This document shows positions 49,251 through 57,311 of a stretch of DNA of 58,954 nt, piece by piece. The notes below the pieces were generated by a model, which was not told the DNA's origin, ran no database searches, and saw nothing but the letters and a program-made list of their open reading frames with translations. The first letter of the stretch is position 1; each line of letters opens with the position of its first letter. Made by a program: the position numbers and the translations under genes. This stretch comes from a virus (Duplodnaviria; Caudoviricetes), in IMG/VR virus record IMGVR_UViG_3300038436_000160, positions 1 to 58,954 of that record; one strand, written 5' to 3'.

Positions 49251-49791
49251 GTTCTTTCCTCCAAACTTGCAACGCTTTTTGAGTTGGCTCGTCAATGTCA
49301 AGATTTTGTTCGGCAGGGTTTATAACGTTAACGTCCTGTTTCCCTGTACTTAGTCCGGACTCCAAACGAATCATCTCCCAAGCCTTTTTAAAGTCATCGA
49401 CCGTCAACACTCTATTTGCAGTTATTTGAGGAAGGAGATAAGTCTTTATTCTGTGGAATAATCTGGCAACACTAATACCTCTCTCGTCAACAATTTGCTG
49501 AAATTCAAGGGCTGATATCTTCTTTCGTTCCTCAGTCCACTTTTTAGCTCTTTCCTGCCAGTGAAATTTAGCGGACCAGGAAAGAGCTGTTGTTTTGGAA
49601 ACAGGTTTTCCCAGCCTGATACCGGAGTTTTGCTGCTCCAATTCCTGACCAAGTTTTGACCAGGTTTTGACCAGGTCTCTAACATTTCTTTTTAGCATCA
49701 AACAGTAAGCTAAAAAGGCCGCAAATTGCTGCTCGGTTTCACCCGGCATACGCTCAATAATTATTTGTGCATTTGTCTGTTTTTTCTTCAT
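49210..49791 (-). CDS. Terminase small subunit (putative)
   Basis: ET..QFAAFLAY..WSAKFHWQERA motif; directly upstream of terL. Confidence 0.65.
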   Translation of the reverse strand: MKKKQTNAQIIIERMPGETEQQFAAFLAYCLMLKRNVRDLVKTWSKLGQELEQQNSGIRLGKPVSKTTALSWSAKFHWQERAKKWTEERKKISALEFQQIVDERGISVARLFHRIKTYLLPQITANRVLTVDDFKKAWEMIRLESGLSTGKQDVNVINPAEQNLDIDEPTQKALQVWRKEHDARRKSGNNKKS

Positions 49792-49793
49792 AC

Positions 49794-51050
49794 TTAAAGT
49801 TTCAAACGCCTAGCACGCTTTCTAATCAGATCGCAAAACTTCTCATCACGTTCCATCAGATAAGCAATCCTGCCAGTTTTATGTGCAGCCATTAGAGTGC
49901 TTCCGGAACCTCCAAAGAGATCCAGCACAATGTTTCCGAACCGGCTACCTCCTTTGAGAGCTTTCATAATCAACCACTCTGGTTTCTCGGTTGGGTGAAC
50001 CATTTCAGTCACTGCTTTTCTTGGCATGTTCCAAACATCACTTTCGTTTGTCTCTCCGGTGAATACATGCTTCTCTCCTTGCTTCCAACCGTAAATAATG
50101 CCTTCAGCTTTGGTTTTACCTTTGCCTTTTTTACCCTTCATAATTTGCTCATATTGCTTTTTATAGTCACTCCAGCCGACCGCGAAAGAAGGTTTTACCC
50201 AAACGATGGCACTACTAAACACAAAGCCTGAGTTCAGCATTTGATAGTAGAAAAGTGGGTAGGAGGTGTATCCAGTACAGACGTAAATAATCCCTCCGGT
50301 TTTTAGAGCATCGTGCATCGTATTGAAAAACCCTTCTGTAAATTTCTTGAAGTCTTCCTGACTTTGGTCGTCGCCAAGAATTATTCCTTTTTCTGTATGA
50401 AACTTACCTTGTTTTTCTTTACTAGTATGGGCAACGTTATAAGGCGGATCGGTAAAGACCATGTCTGCCAGTTTTTCTCCCATGAGTTTTCTGACGTCAT
50501 CTGCGTTAGTAGAGTCGCCACACATTAGCCGATGGGGACCAATCTGATAAACCTCACCATACTTCGATATTGGTTCAGTGATGTTTTTTATTTCTTCTTC
50601 AGTGTCCCACGGTTTTTCTTCTTCCTGCTCCAGAAGCATTGTTGTATCCAAAAGATTACTTACCTCTACTTCATTAAATCCGGTAAGGGAGATATCAAAG
50701 TCTGACTGAGTCAGATCTGTTATTATCTGCGCAAGTTTTTCCTCATCCCACTGGTCTTCAATCTTGTTAAGAGCCAGATTTAGTGCCTTTTCCTTTTGTA
50801 GTGGAATATCAACGGAGTTATAAGGAATCTCCGTCCAGCCCAGCTCTGTTGCTGCACGTACTCTTTTTTCACCACCCACAATGACATTTTCTCTGCCTTT
50901 ATGGGTGTTAATCACAATAGGCACAGGGCATCCGAACTCTTGAAGTGAGCGCTTTAATTGTTCAATAACACTCCTGGTGACTTTGCGGGGATTGTACTCC
51001 GCAAACCTCAATGAGCTTATTGCTATTGTTGGGTACGTTTTGCTTTCCAT
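49794..51050 (-). CDS. ParB-like domain plus beta-class N6/N4 DNA methyltransferase
   Basis: YNPR..G..R; DPPY, HPTEKP, LDLFGGSGST. Confidence 0.9.
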   Translation of the reverse strand: MESKTYPTIAISSLRFAEYNPRKVTRSVIEQLKRSLQEFGCPVPIVINTHKGRENVIVGGEKRVRAATELGWTEIPYNSVDIPLQKEKALNLALNKIEDQWDEEKLAQIITDLTQSDFDISLTGFNEVEVSNLLDTTMLLEQEEEKPWDTEEEIKNITEPISKYGEVYQIGPHRLMCGDSTNADDVRKLMGEKLADMVFTDPPYNVAHTSKEKQGKFHTEKGIILGDDQSQEDFKKFTEGFFNTMHDALKTGGIIYVCTGYTSYPLFYYQMLNSGFVFSSAIVWVKPSFAVGWSDYKKQYEQIMKGKKGKGKTKAEGIIYGWKQGEKHVFTGETNESDVWNMPRKAVTEMVHPTEKPEWLIMKALKGGSRFGNIVLDLFGGSGSTLMAAHKTGRIAYLMERDEKFCDLIRKRARRLKL

Positions 51051-51220
51051 AGATTAAAAAATTTATTAATAAATACTTTTATTCTCAAAATTGTGTATCC
51101 GAAAATTGAGACTTTTTGACCTTCAATGGGTAATAAGGGGATGTATCTTTTTTGTGTTTCGTCTTGAAGGTTCCCAAATTTAAGGTCAATTGATGGAACT
51201 TGATGAATGATATTTTTCAT
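51023..51220 (-). CDS. Hypothetical protein
   Basis: Overlapping ORF in the operon. Confidence 0.4.
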   Translation of the reverse strand: MKNIIHQVPSIDLKFGNLQDETQKRYIPLLPIEGQKVSIFGYTILRIKVFINKFFNLWKAKRTQQ

Positions 51221-51228
51221 ATTTGTTC

Positions 51229-51444
51229 TTAAATAAATTTGCCTTCCAACGCCTCGAGTAAAAGTTGTAGCCAAGCTCTCTTTCCGATTTCATCAATCAT
51301 TCTTTCGTTTATTGATATCCACTTCTCTTTATTAATCAATCTTGGACCATCGTTTGTTCTAAATAACCGATGCAACCGAATTACATAAAAAGGGTTTACA
51401 TACACTCTTTTTTCGCGTTTTGTTAAAATTTCGTTTTCTGTCAT
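51229..51444 (-). CDS. Hypothetical protein
   Basis: ATGA coupling with the upstream gene. Confidence 0.55.
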   Translation of the reverse strand: MTENEILTKREKRVYVNPFYVIRLHRLFRTNDGPRLINKEKWISINERMIDEIGKRAWLQLLLEALEGKFI

Positions 51445-51716
51445 ACTTTCTCCGGTGATAATTTTTTTATTATTGCTAGAACCTTTTGTCGTTTTTTAAT
51501 GTCTTCTGCATATCGGGCAAGGATGTCTTTCTTGGTCAGGCTTTCTTCCCGCGCACCCAAAGGGGACCGCTTAACTACAGTCTCGATAACTTTGTCATCT
51601 GGGACATCAGCCAAGGTTGCTGTGGCAATCTCCATTCTGAGGATTTCCTCATGAACGCTGTTATATATCTCATCTAGTAGTTCAATTCTAGTTTTGGTCA
51701 TATGTTTAATATTCAA
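51441..51716 (-). CDS. Hypothetical protein
   Basis: Coupled ORF. Confidence 0.55.
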   Translation of the reverse strand: MNIKHMTKTRIELLDEIYNSVHEEILRMEIATATLADVPDDKVIETVVKRSPLGAREESLTKKDILARYAEDIKKRQKVLAIIKKLSPEKV

Positions 51717-51879
51717 CTTTCGATTTATTTTTATTGAATGTCTCCTCTGACCATTCCAAGGTTTTTCCTGTTTTGAGGTCTAAAACCATATAAATCGTTT
51801 TGCCTGATTCACTTTGCTTAGTTCCTTCAAAGTGATATTTCGGATTTTTAGGGTTTTGGTCATTTAATCCTGGCTTCAT
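51706..51879 (-). CDS. Hypothetical protein
   Basis: GGAGGTG SD before MKPGLND; ATGA overlap with the C5 MTase gene. Confidence 0.55.
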   Translation of the reverse strand: MKPGLNDQNPKNPKYHFEGTKQSESGKTIYMVLDLKTGKTLEWSEETFNKNKSKVEY

Positions 51880-53147
51880 ATTTGATTCACCTCCATTGTT
51901 TGAATAAGTTTTCGACCTATTTCTGCGATAACTAAGGTGGTTACCGCATTTCCTAAACACTTGTATCGCTGGGTGTCGCTGATGCCTTCAGTCCAGTTGT
52001 CCGGAAAGCCTTGCAGTCGTTCGCACTCGACAGGAGTTAAGCGGCGAATGCTTAAACCGTCGTACACGCCATGTTTGTCCTGACTGGTTAAAGTAAAGGC
52101 TGGATCACCATCATTTTTAAACCTTCGGCCGTTTTGTCGTTTCTCCATTCGATTGGGAGTTAGAACCGGAATTGCTACGCCATTAGGATTGGAAGCTCTG
52201 ACGGTAAATGCCTCGTTCCGGTCACCAATGACTGTTCCTGCCTTAGCAGCCCGGCTCTTTTTTCCTTGACCAACTTGAACCGGCACTGCATAGAGTCCTG
52301 TCTTGCCACCTAGGCCACCGGCATTTCCAGCAATGGTTGAAGCTATACCATCGGAGGAGTAGACCCTCTGGCCTTGACTAAAGTTTCGACTGTTTTGTTT
52401 ATTGTCTTTTAACCACATATCTCTTTTCCCTTTAATGCCTCCGATGTAATGGAGGTAGGTTTCTCCGGCGTTTCGGAGTGATCCATAACGGGCATCAATC
52501 GTGCTCGAAATCCTCGACCTTCCTGCTTGTTCTGCATACTTCGTCTGATGAGAAATTGAGTAGCTTTCGCCGATAGGAAATACTTCCGGTCGACTTGTTC
52601 CTCTAAGATGTCCGATAATGAATACCCGCTCTCTGTTCTGGGGAACTCCGAAATTCTTGCTGTTAAGAACTTGCCATTGATACTCATACCCCAGGTCGGA
52701 GAGAACCCCAAGTATTGTCTGGAAAGTTTTTCCTTCGTCATGACTAAGTAGCCCTTTAACATTTTCAAGGAGAAAATATCGGGGTCTCTTGTCTCTGATA
52801 ATCCGAGCGATTTCAAAAAACATAGTCCCTCTGGTGTCCTCAAATCCCAATCTTTTTCCTGCGATGCTAAATGATTGACAAGGAAAGCCAGCACAGAGGA
52901 GATCATGGTCTGGGATCTCGCTTGTGTTGACTGTTCTGATGTCTCTGGTGTCACATTCTCCATAGTGTTTTTTGTATATTTGGTTTGCATATTTATCCCA
53001 TTCGTTGGACCAGACGCAATGAAATGCACACTGGCCGTGTTGTGATGTTCCGCTCTCACTGTCGGAGCCACTTTCGGATTCAGCTGCCACTCTCTGTAGC
53101 CCATATCTGAATCCTCCAATGCCGGCAAATAAATCTATAAATTTCAT
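51876..53147 (-). CDS. C5 DNA cytosine methyltransferase
   Basis: DLFAGIGG, GFPCQSFS, ENVKG, QNRERVF, RLQGFP, GNAV. Confidence 0.95.
   Translation of the reverse strand: MKFIDLFAGIGGFRYGLQRVAAESESGSDSESGTSQHGQCAFHCVWSNEWDKYANQIYKKHYGECDTRDIRTVNTSEIPDHDLLCAGFPCQSFSIAGKRLGFEDTRGTMFFEIARIIRDKRPRYFLLENVKGLLSHDEGKTFQTILGVLSDLGYEYQWQVLNSKNFGVPQNRERVFIIGHLRGTSRPEVFPIGESYSISHQTKYAEQAGRSRISSTIDARYGSLRNAGETYLHYIGGIKGKRDMWLKDNKQNSRNFSQGQRVYSSDGIASTIAGNAGGLGGKTGLYAVPVQVGQGKKSRAAKAGTVIGDRNEAFTVRASNPNGVAIPVLTPNRMEKRQNGRRFKNDGDPAFTLTSQDKHGVYDGLSIRRLTPVECERLQGFPDNWTEGISDTQRYKCLGNAVTTLVIAEIGRKLIQTMEVNQI
52409..53128 (-). CDS. Nested alternative-frame ORF inside the C5 MTase (possible second subunit)
   Basis: 239 open codons in a different frame; SLSDILEEQVDRKYFLS is MTase-like. 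Confidence 0.55.
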   Translation of the reverse strand: MPALEDSDMGYREWQLNPKVAPTVRAEHHNTASVHFIASGPTNGINMQTKYTKNTMENVTPETSEQSTQARSQTMISSVLAFLVNHLASQEKDWDLRTPEGLCFLKSLGLSETRDPDIFSLKMLKGYLVMTKEKLSRQYLGFSPTWGMSINGKFLTARISEFPRTESGYSLSDILEEQVDRKYFLSAKATQFLIRRSMQNKQEGRGFRARLMPVMDHSETPEKPTSITSEALKGKEICG

Positions 53148-53878
53148 GATTCATGTTTTGTTTGTTGTAGAGCTCTTTCATTTGCTCTGATAAGAATTTC
53201 TATTACTTCAAGTGTTGCTCCGGTGGCTTTTTGGGCATGGGACTTTAGGACTTGAGTGTTTATCTTCAGTTCCTGAGCTGATTTTTGGTGAGGTGTGAGA
53301 GTCGCTAGTTCCTTCAGGGCGAAGACCAGCTCGCGTTCTTCTAGATCAGTAATTACTGAATCAACTGTTTCTATCCAGTGTTCAGTGTTACAACCGCTTG
53401 AAGATGGGCAATATGTTTCTCCCAGATCTTTGGTTTTGCCAGAGTTTCGGTATTCCTCGTAGTACGGCAAAGTTGCAATTCCTTTTGATACCGCTTGGCA
53501 TGCCAACTCAAATGTTGAGAAGTGATTACGGCAGCTACTCCAACCAAACGGATTTCCTTCACAGGTATTCTTACCAAAGGTGCTCTCGACTTTGCTTATT
53601 CCAACCAGAAGGTAAGGGGAAATATTGTTCTCATCCGCACAGTCAACAAAACTTTCGCTTTTCTCAGTTAACGGACTTTCAAATTCCCCGAGAAGTTCGT
53701 GGATCGCATCAGTTTTATAAGTGAAATACTCTTGCTTTTGAGTTGGCCTGGGTTCGTAGGTCGGAGTTGGAACAGGTGAGATAAGTTCTTCTGGCTTATT
53801 ATTTCTTGCATCATTGATAAACCCAATAAAGGCTATGCAAAGAATGACCACTAGTATTATTGCTATTAGTTTTTTCAT
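53144..53878 (-). CDS. Membrane-anchored lysozyme-like/glucosaminidase-like protein
   Basis: N-terminal TM; ISPYLLVGISKVESTFGK..NPFGW..YCP. Confidence 0.65.
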   Translation of the reverse strand: MKKLIAIILVVILCIAFIGFINDARNNKPEELISPVPTPTYEPRPTQKQEYFTYKTDAIHELLGEFESPLTEKSESFVDCADENNISPYLLVGISKVESTFGKNTCEGNPFGWSSCRNHFSTFELACQAVSKGIATLPYYEEYRNSGKTKDLGETYCPSSSGCNTEHWIETVDSVITDLEERELVFALKELATLTPHQKSAQELKINTQVLKSHAQKATGATLEVIEILIRANERALQQTKHES

Positions 53879-54606
53879 ACTTCGTTGCCGGCACAATGCC
53901 AGTAAAATAACTGCTCTTTATTGCGGACACCGACAGCATCATTGCAATAGGAAAGGGCTGCCGACAATCTGCCTTCCTGGTTATTAAGAAATGCTTTCTT
54001 AACATGACTGAAAAATTGACGGGTTGGTTCACCCACCATACCGAGCTCACTCCAGATTCTGATGGCATCGACCTGCCATTCATAAATAATGCCGTCGTTT
54101 TTTCTTTTAGATAACTTATGGTGTTTAACTATTTCTCCTATCGAAGCAATTCCGTTTCCTGAATTTTTATGACCCACAGTACTATTGTCTTTTTCTTTGT
54201 CTATATCTTTGTTTGCTCTCATTTTGAGACGCGGTGGAGTCTCAATTTGATACGAGTCGTATCCCGATTTGATACTGGCAGTCTCATTTTGAGACTCGAA
54301 TTTAATCATGACTTCATCGAACCAATTAGAGGTTGCTTTTATGAGTGCTGGCTGATCGGGATGTTTTTCCAGAAGGCGAAGAGCTAATCCTTTGTTTATT
54401 GCTCTGAATACTGTTGCTCGGCCGAGGTCTAAATATGCTGCCAAGGTTTCTTTCTTTGCGTAGCACCAACCCATTTGGGCGTTTTTGGGATTAGTGGCTA
54501 GGTTATGTATTAGGTCAATCACACAGTATTCGTTAATAGTTAAGCCAAGTCTCACCCTGGCATCGTGATTTATAGTTGTATAGTTGAGTCTTGCTACTTT
54601 GCTCAT
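53875..54606 (-). CDS. Replication initiator (winged-HTH)
   Basis: WCYAKKETLAAYLDLGRATVFRAINKG; internal iterons. Confidence 0.8.
   Translation of the reverse strand: MSKVARLNYTTINHDARVRLGLTINEYCVIDLIHNLATNPKNAQMGWCYAKKETLAAYLDLGRATVFRAINKGLALRLLEKHPDQPALIKATSNWFDEVMIKFESQNETASIKSGYDSYQIETPPRLKMRANKDIDKEKDNSTVGHKNSGNGIASIGEIVKHHKLSKRKNDGIIYEWQVDAIRIWSELGMVGEPTRQFFSHVKKAFLNNQEGRLSAALSYCNDAVGVRNKEQLFYWHCAGNEV
54216..54295. repeat. Four palindromic iterons (GTCTCA-N3-TGAGAC), putative phage origin
   Basis: Copies at 54216, 54239, 54261 and 54281, next to a T-rich tract. Confidence 0.75.
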
Positions 54607-54649
54607 GTTTGGTTTTCGTGCAACTTTTCATAGGCATTACTGTTTTTTG

Positions 54650-54937
54650 CTATGCTTCATTCGTTTCGGGAATATCTGTCGTATCAAGTGGTTCTCTGTC
54701 GATGTACCACTTTTCAGCTGGAATGCCTAAGTAATCGCCGACTTTTTTAACGGTCGAAGGGCGTGGGTCACCACCAATTACCAAGACCCGTCTGACTGTT
54801 TGGGGAGAGAGCTCAACGTCTATAGCTAATTTAAATCTGGAAAGGCCCTTTGTAAGTCGAATTTCATCAAAGAGTTCACTATGAACTCTTTTGTCCTTAT
54901 TGATGTAGATTGTCTTTTTGTGGGCAGTAGTTGTCAT
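54650..54937 (-). CDS. Cro-like XRE HTH protein
   Basis: IRLTKGLSRFKLAIDVELSPQTV..PRPSTVKKV; divergent from the repressor. Confidence 0.8.
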   Translation of the reverse strand: MTTTAHKKTIYINKDKRVHSELFDEIRLTKGLSRFKLAIDVELSPQTVRRVLVIGGDPRPSTVKKVGDYLGIPAEKWYIDREPLDTTDIPETNEA

Positions 54938-54947
54938 CTTTAATACT

Positions 54948-54984
54948 AAAGTACAGATTGTTGTAATTTACCTCAATAAACTTT
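54948..54984 (-). promoter_or_regulatory. Early lytic promoter/operator
   Basis: AAAGTTTA-TTGAGG-17-TACTTT; 19 bp identical to 56971-56989. Confidence 0.75.
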
Positions 54985-55089
54985 ATGATGATTTATGTTC
55001 ATTTGTGTAAACTATTCTCATTATAGTATGATTAGTAAGAGATTTCTTACTTTATTTGCTACAATAAATTAGTCGGGAAATTTTTAACT

Positions 55090-55548
55090 ATGAAAAATAC
55101 ACCAGTACCAAAAACCACGCTTCAGGGACCTGACGACTTTTCAACCGTCTGGGAATATCTCAGATCTATAAGAGAAGCCAAGGGGTATACGATCCGCGTT
55201 GTCATCGATTTAATAAATCAAGCCATCACAGAAGAAAAGCTGGAACCTCAGGCTGCAATATCTCGAGGTTACCTTTCTAACTTGGAGTCAGGTAAATATC
55301 TTCATCCCTCTCCTTTTAAACTCAAGGGACTGGCTGTCGCTTATAACATTCCTTACGAACTACTGCTAAATAAAGCTGGGTATTTGGATAAAACAAGTAA
55401 GAGAGTCAAAGAGGATGCAACATTTACTCTTATGTTGAAAGAAGTTCAGGATATGACAGTTCTCGAAAGACAAACCGTTCTGGACTACATCGAGTATGTG
55501 AAGTCCAGAAGGAATAAAAAATATGATAAAAGCCCAAAAAAGGGCTAG
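55090..55548 (+). CDS. Phage repressor (XRE HTH, ImmR/CI-like)
   Basis: LRSIREAKGYT..ISRGYLSNLESGK..PS..LLNKAGY. Confidence 0.85.
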   Translation: MKNTPVPKTTLQGPDDFSTVWEYLRSIREAKGYTIRVVIDLINQAITEEKLEPQAAISRGYLSNLESGKYLHPSPFKLKGLAVAYNIPYELLLNKAGYLDKTSKRVKEDATFTLMLKEVQDMTVLERQTVLDYIEYVKSRRNKKYDKSPKKG

Positions 55549-55975
55549 GCAGGTTTTGCGAAAGTACAACCTGACTACTGCCCCTATTAATTTACAGACA
55601 ATTATTGACGGTGAAGAGCTGATACTTGATAGTTGGGCATTTCATGGAAGGGTAAAGGAAGTCTACCTCGGCGACAGCATCGGCATTAACAAAAACGAGT
55701 GCCCAAAAAAACAGCGTGAGCTGATTGCTCACGCCTTAGGACACCATTTCTTACACCAGGGAAATCATCTCTACTTTGAACGACGGGATCAGTTCACCGC
55801 TTTTAAACAGGAGCACGAAGCCCAATGTTTTGCAGCAGAACTTCTCCTACCCAAAGCAGAGCTTCAAAAAGTTAAGCATCTTTCTATTGCAGAAATCGCC
55901 AACTTTTTTTCTGTCCCAGAGGATTTTACTCAGTATGGGGTAAACGTTGTTTTAAAGGGGGGCTTATGCCGCTAG
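55523..55975 (+). CDS. ImmA/IrrE-family (DUF955) protein with HALGH in place of HELGH
   Basis: RELIAHALGHHFLH..EHEAQCFAAELLLP. Confidence 0.85.
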   Translation: MIKAQKRARQVLRKYNLTTAPINLQTIIDGEELILDSWAFHGRVKEVYLGDSIGINKNECPKKQRELIAHALGHHFLHQGNHLYFERRDQFTAFKQEHEAQCFAAELLLPKAELQKVKHLSIAEIANFFSVPEDFTQYGVNVVLKGGLCR

Positions 55976-55977
55976 CG

Positions 55978-56601
55978 ATGCTCATTTTTATGGATGAGTC
56001 CGGAGACACTGGATTCAAACTGAAGACTGCCTCCAGTAGGTATTTTGTATTAACGATTGTTATTTTTGACAACCTCGAAAGCGCAGCCGAGGCAAATGAG
56101 GCGATTAACGAGTTACATAGGGAACTTAAATTTCCTGAGAACAAAGAGTTCAAATTTAGCACCGGCACATCGAATAAGTATAAGACGGTGTTTCTTAGTA
56201 AACTCTCAAAATATGACTTCCGATATCGAACGATAGTTATCGACAAGGAAAAATTGGCACAGCTTGAACCAAACAATCCGGAAGAAAGCTTATACATGCT
56301 AGTAACAGACCAATTATTCCTCAGGGCTCAGGGTCGGGTTAAGAACGCTTCGCTTTTCGTTGATAGAACGGCTCAATCAAAAGCCTTCATTCAGAAATTC
56401 AATCGGTACTTAAAGAAAAAATTAAACACTGATATGAATAAGTTAATCGGGGAAATCCGGCACAAAGACTCCAAAAGCAACAACCTGTTGCAGCTCGCTG
56501 ACATGGTCTGCGGTGCAATTTATAGAAAATACAACAAAAAGGACGACTCGTTTTATAAGATGATCAGGAAGCGAGAAGAAGACTTGTGGAAACCCTACTA
56601 A
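55978..56601 (+). CDS. DUF3800 family protein (RNase H-like fold)
   Basis: FMDESGDTG, EFKF, VD, DSK..LLQLADMVCG. Confidence 0.85.
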   Translation: MLIFMDESGDTGFKLKTASSRYFVLTIVIFDNLESAAEANEAINELHRELKFPENKEFKFSTGTSNKYKTVFLSKLSKYDFRYRTIVIDKEKLAQLEPNNPEESLYMLVTDQLFLRAQGRVKNASLFVDRTAQSKAFIQKFNRYLKKKLNTDMNKLIGEIRHKDSKSNNLLQLADMVCGAIYRKYNKKDDSFYKMIRKREEDLWKPY

Positions 56602-56697
56602 ACAAAAGCGACCTCTGTGGCTAAGCTGAATCACTATTTCTAGTGTCAACAGTTCCCTAAAAGTAAGGTACCTTCACCACAAAGGTCATTCGGTACT
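56601..56697 (-). ncRNA. Putative structured sRNA convergent on DUF3800
   Basis: Own promoter TTGACT-17-TATATT; 11-bp closing stem, GAAA tetraloop, possible pseudoknot, U-rich end. Confidence 0.7.
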
Positions 56698-56700
56698 GTT

Positions 56701-56729
56701 AATATACCAAACTCACCACCCAGAGTCAA
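56701..56729 (-). promoter_or_regulatory. Sigma70 promoter of the sRNA
   Basis: TTGACT (56729-56724), 17-nt spacer, TATATT (56706-56701). Confidence 0.75.
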
Positions 56730-56734
56730 TGCCG

Positions 56735-56884
56735 CTAGGTAAAAATCAGGTACAGCCCGAGTAATAAACCTGTAAGCAAAATACCTCCGATAACCCGACC
56801 AGAATAGTTTGGTTTACTTCTACGAGTTTCTATTGCTGAATACATAATTGGCTGTTTTTTCTCCTGACGGAAAAAGGTTGGCAT
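56735..56884 (-). CDS. Small C-terminal-TM protein
   Basis: Near-leaderless start after TGcTATGAT; hydrophobic C-terminus. Confidence 0.45.
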   Translation of the reverse strand: MPTFFRQEKKQPIMYSAIETRRSKPNYSGRVIGGILLTGLLLGLYLIFT

Positions 56885-56970
56885 GTTTTTATCATAGCAA
56901 ATTCGGGGTAATTGATCAGTAATGTACACAAGCTTCCTACTAATTTACATAAGTGGACAAACTCACTCAC

Positions 56971-57007
56971 AAAGTTTATTGAGGTAAATCAACAGTTTCT
57001 GTACCTT
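56971..57007 (+). promoter_or_regulatory. Promoter/operator of the excision-integration operon
   Basis: AAAGTTTA-TTGAGG-17-TACCTT, twin of 54948-54984. Confidence 0.75.
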
Positions 57008-57018
57008 TGGTTATAAAG

Positions 57019-57264
57019 ATGACAGAAACTGCTGCTCAGGTATCACAAAATATAGGAAATAATCCCATACTAACCAACTCCTTAATGACAAGACAGGAGC
57101 TGGATAAGTTTAAAGAAATTGTCCGTAAAGATTATGGAGTATCGCTCTCTGATGAGCAGGCTTTTGAGCAAGCTACGGCCCTGCTTAACCTGTTTGATTA
57201 CGTAATCGAGTCCCGACTTGATTCAAGGCGGAATAGAGTTAATATGAACAACAACCAGAAGTAA
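57019..57264 (+). CDS. Small protein upstream of the integrase, candidate recombination directionality factor
   Basis: ELDKFKEIVRKDYGVSLSDEQAFEQA; position and shared promoter. Function is inferred. Confidence 0.55.
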   Translation: MTETAAQVSQNIGNNPILTNSLMTRQELDKFKEIVRKDYGVSLSDEQAFEQATALLNLFDYVIESRLDSRRNRVNMNNNQK

Positions 57265-57311
57265 GATTTTTCTTACTATCCGGTACAATCAGTTTGACAG
57301 TCACTATAGCT

